Positions 27,201 through 39,576 of a stretch of DNA of 64,000 nt are shown one piece after another; the first letter of the stretch is position 1; each line of letters begins with the position of its first letter. The notes below the pieces were generated by a model. The model saw only the letters and a program-made list of their open reading frames with translations, made no database searches and was not told where the DNA came from. The position numbers and the translations under genes were made by a program. The DNA comes from Nymphaea colorata (Eukaryota), in the NCBI RefSeq assembly GCF_008831285.2, contig NC_045138.2, positions 34,286,001 through 34,350,000 of the forward strand, written 5' to 3'.

Positions 27201-30200
27201 CATGGCTGAGACGGAACCTTTTTCTTTTCAGGGTGATCTCACTCTGCTTATCAGCCCTAGGGCTCACCTGGTCACCATCTGCATCTCCATCACTGATGAT
27301 GTTAATACTTGAATCATCCTCATTGGCAATAGGTTTTGCAGCATCTAATGACATATGATCCCCCAATTTTTGTAGCCTAGTTTGAGCCCTGAACAGTTTG
27401 TATGCAAAAAACAAAATAATAGGACGTTTTAGTACCCTTATAAAATTTACATCACTAAAAGCATATTCCACAAAAGGCTGGAAAACATGAATGTACGACC
27501 AGTTGCAAGCGAGGCTAGGAATCAACAATTTCAACAAACAGGTAACCTTAATCATAATTGGAAGGGAAGAAATGGAAGAGAACTAACCAACCTCTTTAGT
27601 TCATCTTGCGCCCTTGAATGACGGTTGTAAACTTTAACAAACTTTTTTATTTTTAAAGTGACCCTGAGCAGAAGGTGGAAAACATGTTAAACAACACTAA
27701 AACATATTATGTGCATCTTTGAAAGCAGAAAATAATGTCGAACTATATTCAGAAGCGAAGACCAACATATAGAGGCTAAGACAAGCTGACGCAGGGGTGA
27801 TATGTTGGGAGCGGGTCATGTAGAGGGTCCATTCTATGTACCTGCTTTATTATGGATTATTAGATCTTTTATTTCTGACAGAGCTTTCATTAGGATCCAG
27901 ATCCATTTTTAGGCTATTTAAGTGGAACGTGTGATTCACTTGAGTTTAGTGAAGTTCATGATTTAAGAAACCCTAATTATGTTTTGATTATTAAATTTCT
28001 TTTGTTTTCATGCAATTTTCACTTTGTTTGCATTTTTTGGTGCCTTTTCCGCGGAGATTAGAGTGAGGAATTCTAACTACTGCCTAAGTTTTTTTTTTTT
28101 TTTTTTTTCTCGCTCCTGGCAATGGCTGAAGTCCCAAGGAACTACCTTGCCGTGGAAAAATCCAAAGAAAAAATTAAAAAATTTAGAAAAAAGACTTGAA
28201 GATCTTGTGGCGTGCATAGAAGATTGGCTGGACCAAATGGAAAAATCGAACCAATAAACCCTAAATCGGATGAATCGAACCCTAGCAGCACTCACCAAGA
28301 GGAGCCCCAGCAGCGCTCACGAAGAGGATGGACGATGTTGATGGCAGATTGGATGCGTCGAAAGGTAAGAAAAACTCACCGGTTGATGTCCAACAACAAC
28401 AAGAAGAAATCGGACGGCGTCGTCGGGTTGAGGAACATGAACCGCCCGTAGTTCTGTAGCAACCATTTAGTGTTCAAATGCACCGGCCCACGTGGATCCA
28501 CCGGACTTCACCAGAAACCCCACGGAAGGCTTTCCAGCCGCCGCCGATGACGTCACCCAAATATGCTGAAGAGTTTCCACCCACCGCTGGAAGGTGTTAC
28601 CGCCCAGACCACCAACAGCCACCACCACCCGCCGACCACAGTCGCCGGGACGGCGCCAGACCCGGCGGACGGCCCCCTACCAAGCCGGAGGCCGCCATTG
28701 GTGCCGACTTCTTCCAGATGGGCGAAGGGAGATTCCCCTCTGTCGCTGTCTGCACCGGACAAACCGTCCCCGGATGGGCAGTCGGCGAGTTGGTGAGCGT
28801 CGCCGGACGGCCAGTCGGCGAGTTGGTGAGCGTCGCCGGACGGCCGACGATTCCGCCGGATGGCCGACACCGACCGGATTTCCCGCCCACTTGGGGATGC
28901 AACCCGACGCCTCTGTGCCCTCGTGCACAGGGAGCGCCGGGCGCCCTAGCGGGGCGGAACGGGGGTCGGGTCCCATGTTGGGACCCGGAACCCGCTGGGT
29001 CAGCTAATGTACCACCGACCCGGGTCAGGTTTCCCGACCTGGTACGGCTTCATAGGACCCGGTTCTGCCCGGAGAGAGAGAGCGAGAGAAAGAAGAAAAG
29101 GAAAGCCTTTTCCTTGCAGACATTGCAAGCCTTTTCTGAAACAGATTTGGGATGCGCAAATCTAGTTCGTATTGTCGCCCATTACCGAGTTCTACATCGT
29201 CGAGGACGACTCTTCTTAAACTCGGAGAGAATGGCGCAGGGCTGTCATGTTGGGAGCCGGTCTTGTAGAGGGCCCCTTTTATGTTGCTTTATTATGGATT
29301 ATTAGATCCGTTATTTATGATAGAGCTTTCTTTTGGATCCAGATCCATTTCTAGGCTACTTAAGTGAAACGTGTGATTCATTTGAGTTTAGTGAAGTTGA
29401 TGATTAAGAAACCTTAATTCTTTTTTATTATTAATTTTTTTTCCTGCAATTTTCCCCTTTGTTTGCATTCTTTGGTGCCTTGCCCCCAGGGATTATAGTG
29501 AGGAACTCTAATCACTGAATCACAAGCTAACCTATTGAATACTTAAAAGTAAAAAAATACAGGATGAGCTTTGTGACAAGCACCTTCTACAATCTTCTTG
29601 CATCTGCTTCAATTGAATGTCAAGGTCCTCATTTTTTATGGAAAGTCTGTCAACTTCTTCATTTGTCTTCTCCAAAGAATTCTTCAAATAAAACAGTAAG
29701 GCAGATAAGAAAATTTGTGCACAATTTTGTGGCATGAAAAATCCCGAGGATGACATTTATTATGTATCCAGAGAACACTATCTAGTAAAAAGGAAAATAA
29801 GTTGAAGGAGAAAATCCGTCTCAATAATGCACAATGATTCATGAACAAGGAACATTGAGAACAACATAATATCTCTAGGCCAAAAGCATGCCTCACCACC
29901 AGGGCAAAATTATAAATCATCAATAAGTTACCTCTAATTCACGCTTTTGAGCATCAAGCAATTCGATGTCTAACTGAACCTGTTTCAACTGCATAATGGA
30001 AGACACAATAACCAGTTAAAACACAAATACCACACAATCTTCAGTTTCACATGGTAAGCAACCCCTTTGGTCTCCGGTTTGGAGCAGAGATGAGAAGATT
30101 GATGAGTGCGGTCAGACATGGGAAACTGGAGTGTAGTCATCAACCAGGACATCATTGAAATAGGAAAACATGCGATCTTCATTCCCAGCCATGACTCCAA

Positions 30201-33200
30201 GGAGGAGGATAGGGTTATGAGCCCACACCACAGCTCCTGAGGAAGCTTGGAGAACAAGGACAATAACAGAAGCTTAAGCAAACAACAAATACGTCGACTA
30301 GCTAAGACATGACCACAACAAGTCAACAACCACCAAGCAAAACAAAACCTGTTCTTCCGCAATGTCTCTGTCACTGTTTGAGTATGATTTGGTTTCCTGT
30401 GCTCGACTACCACCAGCATCTGAGAAGTTTAGGCTGTCAGAAGCATCACTATGTCCACTCACATGCTGCCTCTTTGAACTTCTCCTCTCACTGGAAAAAA
30501 AAAAAAATAGTGTAAGAACTGAAAACAGCTTAAACCTAAAGAAACATGTCAACTAATAGTTAAGAAAGGAATTCATGAATGGCTTCACTAAAATGACCAA
30601 GCTAAACAAGATAGACGCACAGATAGACAATGATGTGTGATATAAAATGAGAAGACAGAAAAGTTGCACATAAATTTAGATAAGTTTAGCCGAACTTAAA
30701 TTGAGTCCCATTATCCATTTAAGCACATCTGTTGGGCCTGAGAATCGACGAAGGAAGGGGCCAGTGTGGAGGGTCGCATCAAAACACAACAATATCCTTT
30801 CTTCTCATTCTGGCCCTTGGTCACAGTCAGAAACCTGTCTGAACCTTGAGATAGGACAAGCAAACTAGAGTACATCTGCTGTAATGTCTTGAGCAGAATA
30901 GAGGGTCTCCAAAGAATTAGACAACCAAAAGAAAAGATGAAGAAAGATCTGCAATGTTCTTTATTTACTACAATGGAGTGTAACAATAATTAATTTGTGA
31001 ATTTTCAAACTGCAAAGCTATGTAACATGGATGTCGCTGCAGATATGCGTATCCAATAATACCTATAAATTCACAACATGGCATATATATACAAGGGCAT
31101 GCTGCAGGAGTCAAATTGGGGAATCTGTGAATGTAGCTGCATAGAGATCACCAATAATGAAGTAAATAGCAGAGATCCAAACCTGTCCCTTCCAGGAGAA
31201 CGAGAAGGGCTGTGTCCTGCACATCAAATTCCAAGATTCAATCTCCATGTAATATACAGGGAAAACTTAAAACATTCCTAATCATAATAAACACATAAAA
31301 ATGCACCAACTAAAGTAACGTCAAAATAAACGGCTGTACTAAGCAAATATTATGAAACGCATATGTAACCCATATTAGTAGGTTTTGATAAAAAAGACAA
31401 AATATAAAAAAATGAGGAAAAGTTTTTTTTTTTTCATGCAAAAGCATGAAGACTGTGTTTGAATGACACCATTAAACAACATTTTGGAGGCAAAACATGG
31501 TTTAAGCCTTTAAGGTGTGTTTGGGTGACGGTTGAAACTGGGTTTGTGAAAAACCAGTTTTGACAACAGTGCATCGTGCCATTTCTCTTCACAATCACAG
31601 TTACGCTGCACAATGTATGGTGGCTGTGGGGTACACTACGTTATGCACAACAGTGGTACTAAGTATTCCTTTCCCTTTTGTTGCTTTTACTAGATTCATC
31701 ACAAGAACCTATTGCTCTGTTCTTCTGAAAAAGAAAGAAAACTGGTAAAAAATAAGCAACAAAACCTCTTCTTACCCCTATCATGCTTCCTGCCATGGAA
31801 GACATGTTGTCCTCTGAAGCCTCTACCCTGGGGAGACCTCCGATAAGGAGATTTCCGTCTATCAAGCCTGTCTCTCAAGTCACTGCCTCGATAATCCCTC
31901 CTACCTGCAAAAAGAAAGAAAGGATAAATTCTTCCTTCTGTAATTTTGCTATGGATAACAACAGTAAATACACAAGGCATGCTAAAAAAAATTAAGCTTA
32001 CATCACATAAAACTTACCCTTGCTTTGAGTACAATGAGAAAACTAATAATGACAACAAAACTCCTCCTTGCCAGATCGAAAAAGGGTTACTGTTTATGTT
32101 GCCCGGACAAAATTCAAAACATATACTTATACCCGGGCTAACACTGAGAAAATCCTTTTGACAATGAGGCAAATAAGAGGCGAGGATGGATACAGCTGCC
32201 TTCTTGAGAAATAAGAAAAATAACAAAATCTGAATCATGCAGAGCCTGCCTGTCCATAAATATATAGGATAAATAAGAAGCTTTCTGTCCCAAAGAAATA
32301 TGTCAGTACAGTTGAGAAGAATTCCACCATAACCAGCAAGGCTCCCGGCTTGGAGTGCTTCATTCATGGATATGAAAAATAATGGTTGCTGGGATGTGAT
32401 CTCCTCGCCATTACACAGATTGGAACTTTATCGGACATCAGAAACACTCATACAACAATGAAACTGCCAATCTTGTAGGAAACCCATTGCAATGTCAACC
32501 ATATTAGAACGCAACTTGCACAATCTCCTGACTTACGAGAATCACTAGCAGATAAAATGAAAAGGATAAGATTCCCTAAATGAGCGCAATAGCAAGTTCT
32601 ACCAGCTGCCTGATGTTGGCAATGATCGATGGAGCAACATGAATAAATAACTAAATTCCCGACACAGAAAATTCACTGCAATTAGGACAAATTAGGTAAC
32701 TGGAACATCATGGAATGGCCACACATCAAACACTTTGATCATTTGATGTATGGTCAACCAACTGAGTTCACAAATAAGGCAGGATGAGTTTGTGAATATG
32801 TACGCATGTACTATTGAAAACTGCAATGGCTGCAAGTACCAGAGAGAAGTCAAAAAGCCAGGTTAAGAAAAGGATAAAAATACGAGGTAAAGCAAGTTTT
32901 TCTGCCATCAATATGAATATCATCGGAAGACCCAATTCCAAAGAGAAATTTTGCCTAATGCAACAAAAAAAATCATTTCAAGCAAAGCATATCACAAAAG
33001 CAGGTTAAATTGTTTATTAAACTATAAACAGATCAAAAAATCAAATGCATCAGTTTCTCATATTTGAAAAGGCAAGTAAACATACTCTTATGTCTAGGAT
33101 ACACAAGCAACCATACACTTTTCACACTATACACAAGTAACCATATACTTTTCACACTATGTACTAAAACTGGAGCAATATCATTGACCCAGTTACATTT

Positions 33201-34498
33201 AGGCATAGATTCCAGGGTTAAGATAATGCAGTTATACAGGTATACTAATTATGAGATCCTCATTCAAAGTCCTAGTCTGTATCCAACTTCAAAGGGGAAA
33301 TGATAAGCCAAAACTCATCTGAGCAACATTTAAATGAGGTGCAGGTAATATGCTTTGGTATTATTTATTTGATGAAAGATAGCATCTTTCAAGTATTCAA
33401 GGGATAAGCATCAATGCTAAGCAGAACAAAATGAAAACTCTAGAATAACGTGATCTACTTGTCAAAGGCAATAAGATGTTCAAATAACAAATATGCAAAG
33501 TATGATCCTAAAGAATTGTATGCTTTCTGAACTAAGTACATAGGAACCAAGAAGTACGAATTTTTTTTATCTCCAGATTAAATCTTCCTAGATTTTGAGC
33601 AGCCAAAATGTGCATTAGCATCCTTCGATTTGAGGGCAATATTAACATACAAACAGCGTCAGGTTATTATGGGCTCCTTGGTTTCCAAGTACAACTTTTC
33701 TAGCCTGATTGCCAAACCATCTGAGTTTCTGCAGTTATAATCTCTGGCATAAAATGACAGGAGTATCAAAACGCTCTACTTCAAGGTTATTGACATACAA
33801 ACTTACCATGCATCATAAACAATTTTACACAATTCAGCAAGTAAAAATTCAGGCTTGAAATTTACATAAAGTGCCGCAAGGATTCTCTCACTCTCGCAGG
33901 CTCCTCATCTTTCGGAAGTAAAATTTAGTCTTCTAAGAAATCACCTATGTTGAGGTATAATATGAACTTAACCATACATTTAATTCTAAAAAGGACATTT
34001 TTTCTTCTTAAAATAACTTCCACTGAACATATTCATGCACTTCCTTACATACAGACGCTAATTACAGAACCCTACCAGTCCAACATGAGGACAAATAATA
34101 CATTTGGATTTCCGTATTTAAAATTGATTACTCATTTCATGCATGACGAATCAATTCACAGCCCATCAAGAAAATCTTTCCTGTACTTAGACAATAGACT
34201 GTGATATTATTGACAGAATAAGAAAACAGGTTATCATCTTTTCAAATACATATGCAAATTTACGTGAATGGAATTGCTGTCGAATTAATTAAAACAGCTT
34301 CCTAGTTATTAGAAAGAGAAATTAATAAGACAAAGGGAATCGTCATCAGCAGGGAGCCAACAAAGAAAACTCACCGCCAGCTACAGAGAACCGCCTAAGT
34401 TCAGCCTCACCATGGGCAAAGGTGCAACTCTGTCTTGGGCAGCGACCTCTTTGATATAGGATACATAACTTTGTTTTAAACAGCTTGCGGTCAACCAT
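24216..34498 (-). CDS. Zinc finger CCCH domain-containing protein (C3H13/C3H40-like) with central coiled coil, 11 exons, ~463 aa
   Basis: Starts MVDRKLFKTKLCILYQRGRCPRQSCTFAHGEAELRR (CCCH finger), then an RS-rich region and a coiled coil. Exons, phase-consistent, sum 1392 nt: 34498-34375, 31904-31776, 31216-31183, 30490-30349, 29988-29932, 29681-29584, 27663-27592, 27388-27177, 25444-25224, 25007-24801, 24311-24216. Confidence 0.88.
25445..27200. repeat. Old tandem duplication within CCCH intron 8 (period ~1.03 kb)
   Basis: ~25515-26092 aligns colinearly with ~26551-27126. Shared blocks include AGCAAATAGTTGTTTT, CTAAACAAAAGAGGGTTCACAAA, TATGGCATGGATCAGAT, GATTCCATTAGCATTC, CCAACATTTGTTGG and TAATTTTAGCTCTA. 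Confidence 0.85.
27787..29522 (+). mobile_element. Non-autonomous LTR retrotransposon (1736 bp), likely derived from the CRM clade of Ty3/gypsy
   Basis: Direct repeats 27787-~28087 and 29232-29522 with outer TG...CA ends. 5-bp TSD CAAGC at 27782-27786 and 29523-29527. Purine tract GGAGAGAA precedes the 3' LTR, and the frame across it reads SRTTLLKLGENGA. No RT/integrase ORF. Confidence 0.88.
28779..28844. repeat. Perfect 33-bp tandem duplication inside the LTR element
   Basis: CAGTCGGCGAGTTGGTGAGCGTCGCCGGACGGC occurs twice in tandem. Confidence 0.9.
32150..32800 (-). mobile_element. Degenerate L1-type LINE remnant (zf-RVT/RNase H region) in CCCH intron 1
   Basis: Minus-strand peptide GSLAGYGGILLNCTDIFL resembles the LINE RNase H motif AGxGGxLRDxxGxF. 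KCLMCGH near 32720 resembles the zf-RVT CxxC. Heavily decayed; boundaries approximate. Confidence 0.35.
33101..33160. repeat. 30-bp tandem duplication
   Basis: ACACAAG(C/T)AACCATA(C/T)ACTTTTCACACTAT twice, with 2 mismatches. Confidence 0.85.
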
Positions 34499-37400
34499 AT
34501 TGAAGGAAGTACCTCACAGATAATAAGATGATTACAGCCTCAAAAGAACACGAAAACCGCTGTCCAGGTCTGAGGGCATGCAACGAATAACCGTTAACTC
34601 GCCCAATTATGAAACCAATCGCCTTTGAGATACTTGACCCAGCAGAGGATGGCCGCTTCCCTGAAAATGGAAGAGACGAATCACCTCAACGTCCCATATA
34701 AACTCACCTAATACGTACAATAACCTCCGGAATTAAAGAAAAACCCCACAAATAGGAATCATATCATGTGAGGCAGAAAACAAGGTAAATTCTGTCGACC
34801 AGCAGACAAAGCCACGACCATGAAGACCGGTAGAACCGGCAAAGCAAGCGCTACACAGAAGACAACAATCAAAGAAGCAAATGACGGCATAACTTGTCCA
34901 ATTAACACATTTCTTGCTCAAAATCCATTTCTTATAATATAAGCAGAAGGTTTAACGACTCTAACCAAATCAGAATTTCAACTCTCAGATCATTTCCATC
35001 CTCCAAGACAAAGGCGTTTAAAAAGAAATCAAGTGCTTCAGAATAAAGCACTGAAAGAGAAATACAATACCAACTCACTCGTTCCTTGGTCAAAACCGAT
35101 TTTTTTAAAAACATATACCTAAATGAACAACTAGGTTGCGATTAACCAAAACGAAAATTAATTTCCACAATAGCGGAGGTGCCAAACAAATCATAGCATC
35201 AAAATGGAAACAAGGAGAGAGGAATGAGAACCATTGTCCTAGACCACTCCGATTAAAGAAAGAGACTCGGCACAAAAGAGAAAAAGTCCTAAAGAAATCA
35301 AGTTAGCGGCAATCTTTTCTAAAACCAAACATCTGAAAACATGAAACATACGATATTTCGGTCGTTTACCTCATTTACCTCGTTAAAAGAATCGTCTTCT
35401 GTACAGAAATCAAAATCATGTAGAAGAAGAAAGGATGAGAAACCGTGAAGAAGCAACAATTGCATGCGCATTAACGGAAGCGAAAGGCAGGGACGGAAGG
35501 CGGGAGGGAGGAAGGAAACTACGCGGAGCCACAGAGACAATAACACGGTAGGGATGCCAAAATACGGAGCGGTCCGTCCCGGCTCTCCAAGTGGTCGCAA
35601 GCCAAGCTTCCTATGGGCAAAGTTTCTATAGGTCATTAAAAAACTTGTTTTTCATAAAACCTGGCTTTTATAAAACTGGATTAGGAGAGGGTGTCATCCA
35701 AATGCCCCATTGGATCCTTAAAAAGCTTTGGTTGACATCTAGCCATTAGATTGAAATTTCGACCAACAATTCTCTCTCTCTCTCTCTCTCAGTTCATGTA
35801 GTTTCCAAAGACATCCACCTGCCGCACAAACACAACATGCATATGGGAGCAAGTTGAATTCTTCTTTGGTATGGGAAAACAGACAATTTCATGGAAAACG
35901 ATTTATGGGGCATGTACTGAAAACCGTGGCGTTCTTTTGGGTTTTTATTCACAAAACTATGAGCTTTTCCCATACATCGGGAATAAGCCATTTTTCTTTT
36001 GTGAAAACAGCGTTATTGTTAGCATGGTAAGCGATCGTAGCGAAGTCTACACACATATATATATATATAAAATAAGGCTACAGCCCTAATCCGTTTGGAA
36101 CAAACACGAACGAGTTCGCCACAGGGTGGACTAAGACAGAACACAAGCGCTCCAACTACCGAACGGTTTTTTCTTTATTCTGAATGGACCGTGTGGAAAT
36201 TATTTGGAAGTTGGAACTTGGAACTCCAAGTCGAAGCCCTAGACCAGATGGACTAGGCAACCGACTGGGCTGATCAGCACGATACCTGTGCTTTCTTATT
36301 TGGAACAAATTTTAGCACTCAGACATATGATGCTTTTACACATTCATTAAGACGAAGCGATGCTTTCTAGAAAGGGATCACATTCTTCAATGTACCATTT
36401 AGGACCTTAAGTTATTAAGAATCTAAGATCCCATATTTCCCATCCATGGAAAGGTTTGCAAAGCACTAGTCAACTTCACTCGCCAATCCGTGACGTGCTT
36501 CTTAGGAAACGAAACCGAAGAGAGTGGAGGAATCGGGCATGCAGAACGCTTAAAAATGTCCATGAGCTACCGGGCCCCGAACTCGACTCTAGTGTCTTGA
36601 AAGAAACTCGAAAGAAACTCGAACTTGACTCAATTCGAGTAGTTTAAGCTTGAGCCAAACATTGGCTTGAGGAAAGCCAAGCATTTCATTAATGATTTAT
36701 TTTTTAAAGAACGAAGCTACAGTAGATTTGAGAAAGTGATACGTGTTCATCAACGCAGTTTCACGCTAAAGCCAGTTTAAGCTTAATAGGCAACCAACGA
36801 GTATTTTTGCTCCTTTAAGACTGGTTTAAGCTTAACTTTTGCTACGTTAACAACAAAAATTCAAGAATTAAAAACAAGGATCTAGGTCCTAATAAAAACA
36901 CCAAAAATCACATTGGGTATAATTGCAATTTAGAATGCCATTGGCAGCCCAAAAGATTGCAACCGTATGACTACCGTTGCGCCACACCACTCATAAACAG
37001 CAAAGTGCATACAGCCATCGGGCCAGGAGGCAGTCGACATTATGATATGTCGCAAAGACTCGCAAGGTGTAGAGCACTACAAAAGAAAGCATGCATACAA
37101 AATAGTAAATACCGCTTTAATGAAGAGAAAAGATCCCACAAAACCAAAATCAGTGAAAAGGGCGTGGGTGCTACGTATGAGCTTGACAATCATAAAAGGA
37201 TATGATATCACAGATGACTTCACTGAATAAACAAAACACTCGACCTAAAACACATTGAAGAAAGCCCACATGCAGTGAGAAAAACTGAGAACATATATCT
37301 CCTAAAAAATTGGCAAGAATAATTATGCAAATACACCAAAAAGATATCAAATTTTCGTGTCACATGTTGCCATGGCTGAGCTTCTTTGCGAAAGTGCCAA

Positions 37401-37875
37401 TGTCAAGATCACTTATTTGATGCAGAAATATATATGTCCGTGCCTCCCAACGTCTCATATCTTTGTTGCTAAAATATCTGTGTGCCAATTTGGCGGGATA
37501 GAGAAGACAGACACTCAGGGACGCAACTAATATGGTGGTTGCAGCAATGGGCTCAAGAATGGAATCCTTTTCCTTTTGTTCTTCCCTACGGAAACAATCC
37601 CACTATCATTAACTGCAAATTGGCCAGCCTCAAATAGGTAAAGACCAGAGTTCCCCCGGACCCATGGGCTTTGAGACCACCAAGTTTAGAACTTGCTCCC
37701 TACCAAATATGAGTAGCTATTGTATGCAAAACAGAGGAATTTACTTGCATGATAAGAAAGACTTATCAAGAAATTTACAACACAGATTTCCTCAGGCTTG
37801 AAAGCTTTCTTTGCTTATCTGATGCACAAGCTAGGGGAAACCACTATGAAGTTTCATTCGAAACCATGCTGATAG

Positions 37876-39544
37876 CTACTTCACACGCTTGCCAAAGATA
37901 GAATTTGATGCCCTGATAATGTCACGAACATCAGGATCAGTGTATTGCATTTTCCTTAGAAGGAAAAATGCAGACGAATGCTGGCCAGCAGCCAAGAAAG
38001 CCTGGAACATCCTGCAGCAGTATGAAATAATATTGATAAACCAAGTTAGCTCAAGAAGGCTTACTTTCAAAATCTTCAGGTGGATACTCTCCTACAATGA
38101 TAGGACATGAAAGGGTGCACACGAGAATGTTGGTCTTTTTTCTGGGAAAGAGAGGTGGTAGTAGGCTTGTTGTTTCTGGGAGAAAAGATTTCCAATGTAG
38201 GTTCAAGTCATCTGAATATCCATAAGAACTTATGTTATGTGCCTACAAGTGTTAAGCTGATCAAGCATCCATTTTCACGTTCGGCTTACATCTTCATTCA
38301 AAAGCATGTCATGGCCAACGTCTCTAAGGACCATTAAACCTTTAATAAGGCGAGCTGAATAAAGTCACTCGAACACACAAATATGGGAGTTGCCAACCTC
38401 ATTCAGAGACCATGTACACACAACTGAACATTTAAGCAAAATTATGATTGGAGATATGAACATGTGCCATGTCCAGCCATAAAATTCTTCTGCAATATTC
38501 TAGAAGAAGATGTTCAGTAAAGCACAGAGAATACGTGTTTCCTACGCTATTGATAATTGTACCAAAGTTCATATATGTATCCATAGAAAGATTTCCAATA
38601 GAGATTCATACCTTAAAAAGGTTAGCACATTGAAAGGAATATTAGCCTTTTCGTACTCCTTCCAAATCAGTCTTGCACTGTCAGCATTTTTAGCACTAAC
38701 ACAAGTGCTGAGAAGAAAATCTAGACTTGTTCTTGAGGGAGCAAGACCAACATCTTCCTTAATACCTTGAAGCAAGCTTAAGCCAATCTCCACATCAGCA
38801 GGATCCATGTTATAGATTAAGCCAAAAGCCTGTTCCATCTCAGTGATGAAAAATAGATGACGATACCCAAAAAGATAACATGAGTACTTACTAAAACGAC
38901 ATCTTATCATAAACAAAAAATTTAACCTTTGGGCCTGCCTATAATTCTATACAAGGTATTAGCGTTGCGATTTTCCAAATAAGGGCTAAAACTTTTCATG
39001 AAAACTGTCAAGGTTTTGAATTTCTGTTAACTTGAGAAATATAAAACTTACTTTCAAGTTTCAATATTACCCTCTACCATTAAATTAACATGAACAACTT
39101 GTTCTATTCACAAAACCTATTTGGACCTTAAAAGACTTAGCATATGGGGGGTGAGTGTTTATTTTATCATATTAAATAAAACATGAACAAATTCTATTCA
39201 CTATGAAACCAAAAATCTACTTGGACCTTCAAAGGTGTGGAATATGGGGAGGGGTGTATGTATAATTCCTAGAAAAAAGCAATTTAATGTGCTGTCCGAC
39301 TTTTTTGACCACCTGAAGTTGTTACCAGTAAATCCATCTGTACAAATGCGCTAGAAATATCCATTTTTATAGGATCAAACAAATAAAAGCTACAAAGCCG
39401 TACGTCAGATTCAATAAATTAGCTCACTTAATGGCATTAGATTTATCGTTCATAAAATCTGATCTGGTATTTACACATTTTTTTAATATTGTAGTTTCGG
39501 AATATCCTCCTACTCTCTCTCTCTCTCTCCACACACACACACAC

Positions 39545-39576
<32 letters not shown>

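Noticed and set aside
28478..29305. 275-aa ORF and overlapping ORFs as a novel gene
   Set aside because: They lie in the GC-rich interior of the LTR element and run into its 3' LTR. Several frames are open, and the composition is low-complexity Pro/Arg/Gly.
36570..36670. CTCGA-rich patch resembling hAT subterminal repeats; similar GATCC-rich patches near 3640-3790 and 19335-19525
   Set aside because: Probably TE relics, but no TIR pair or TSD could be defined.
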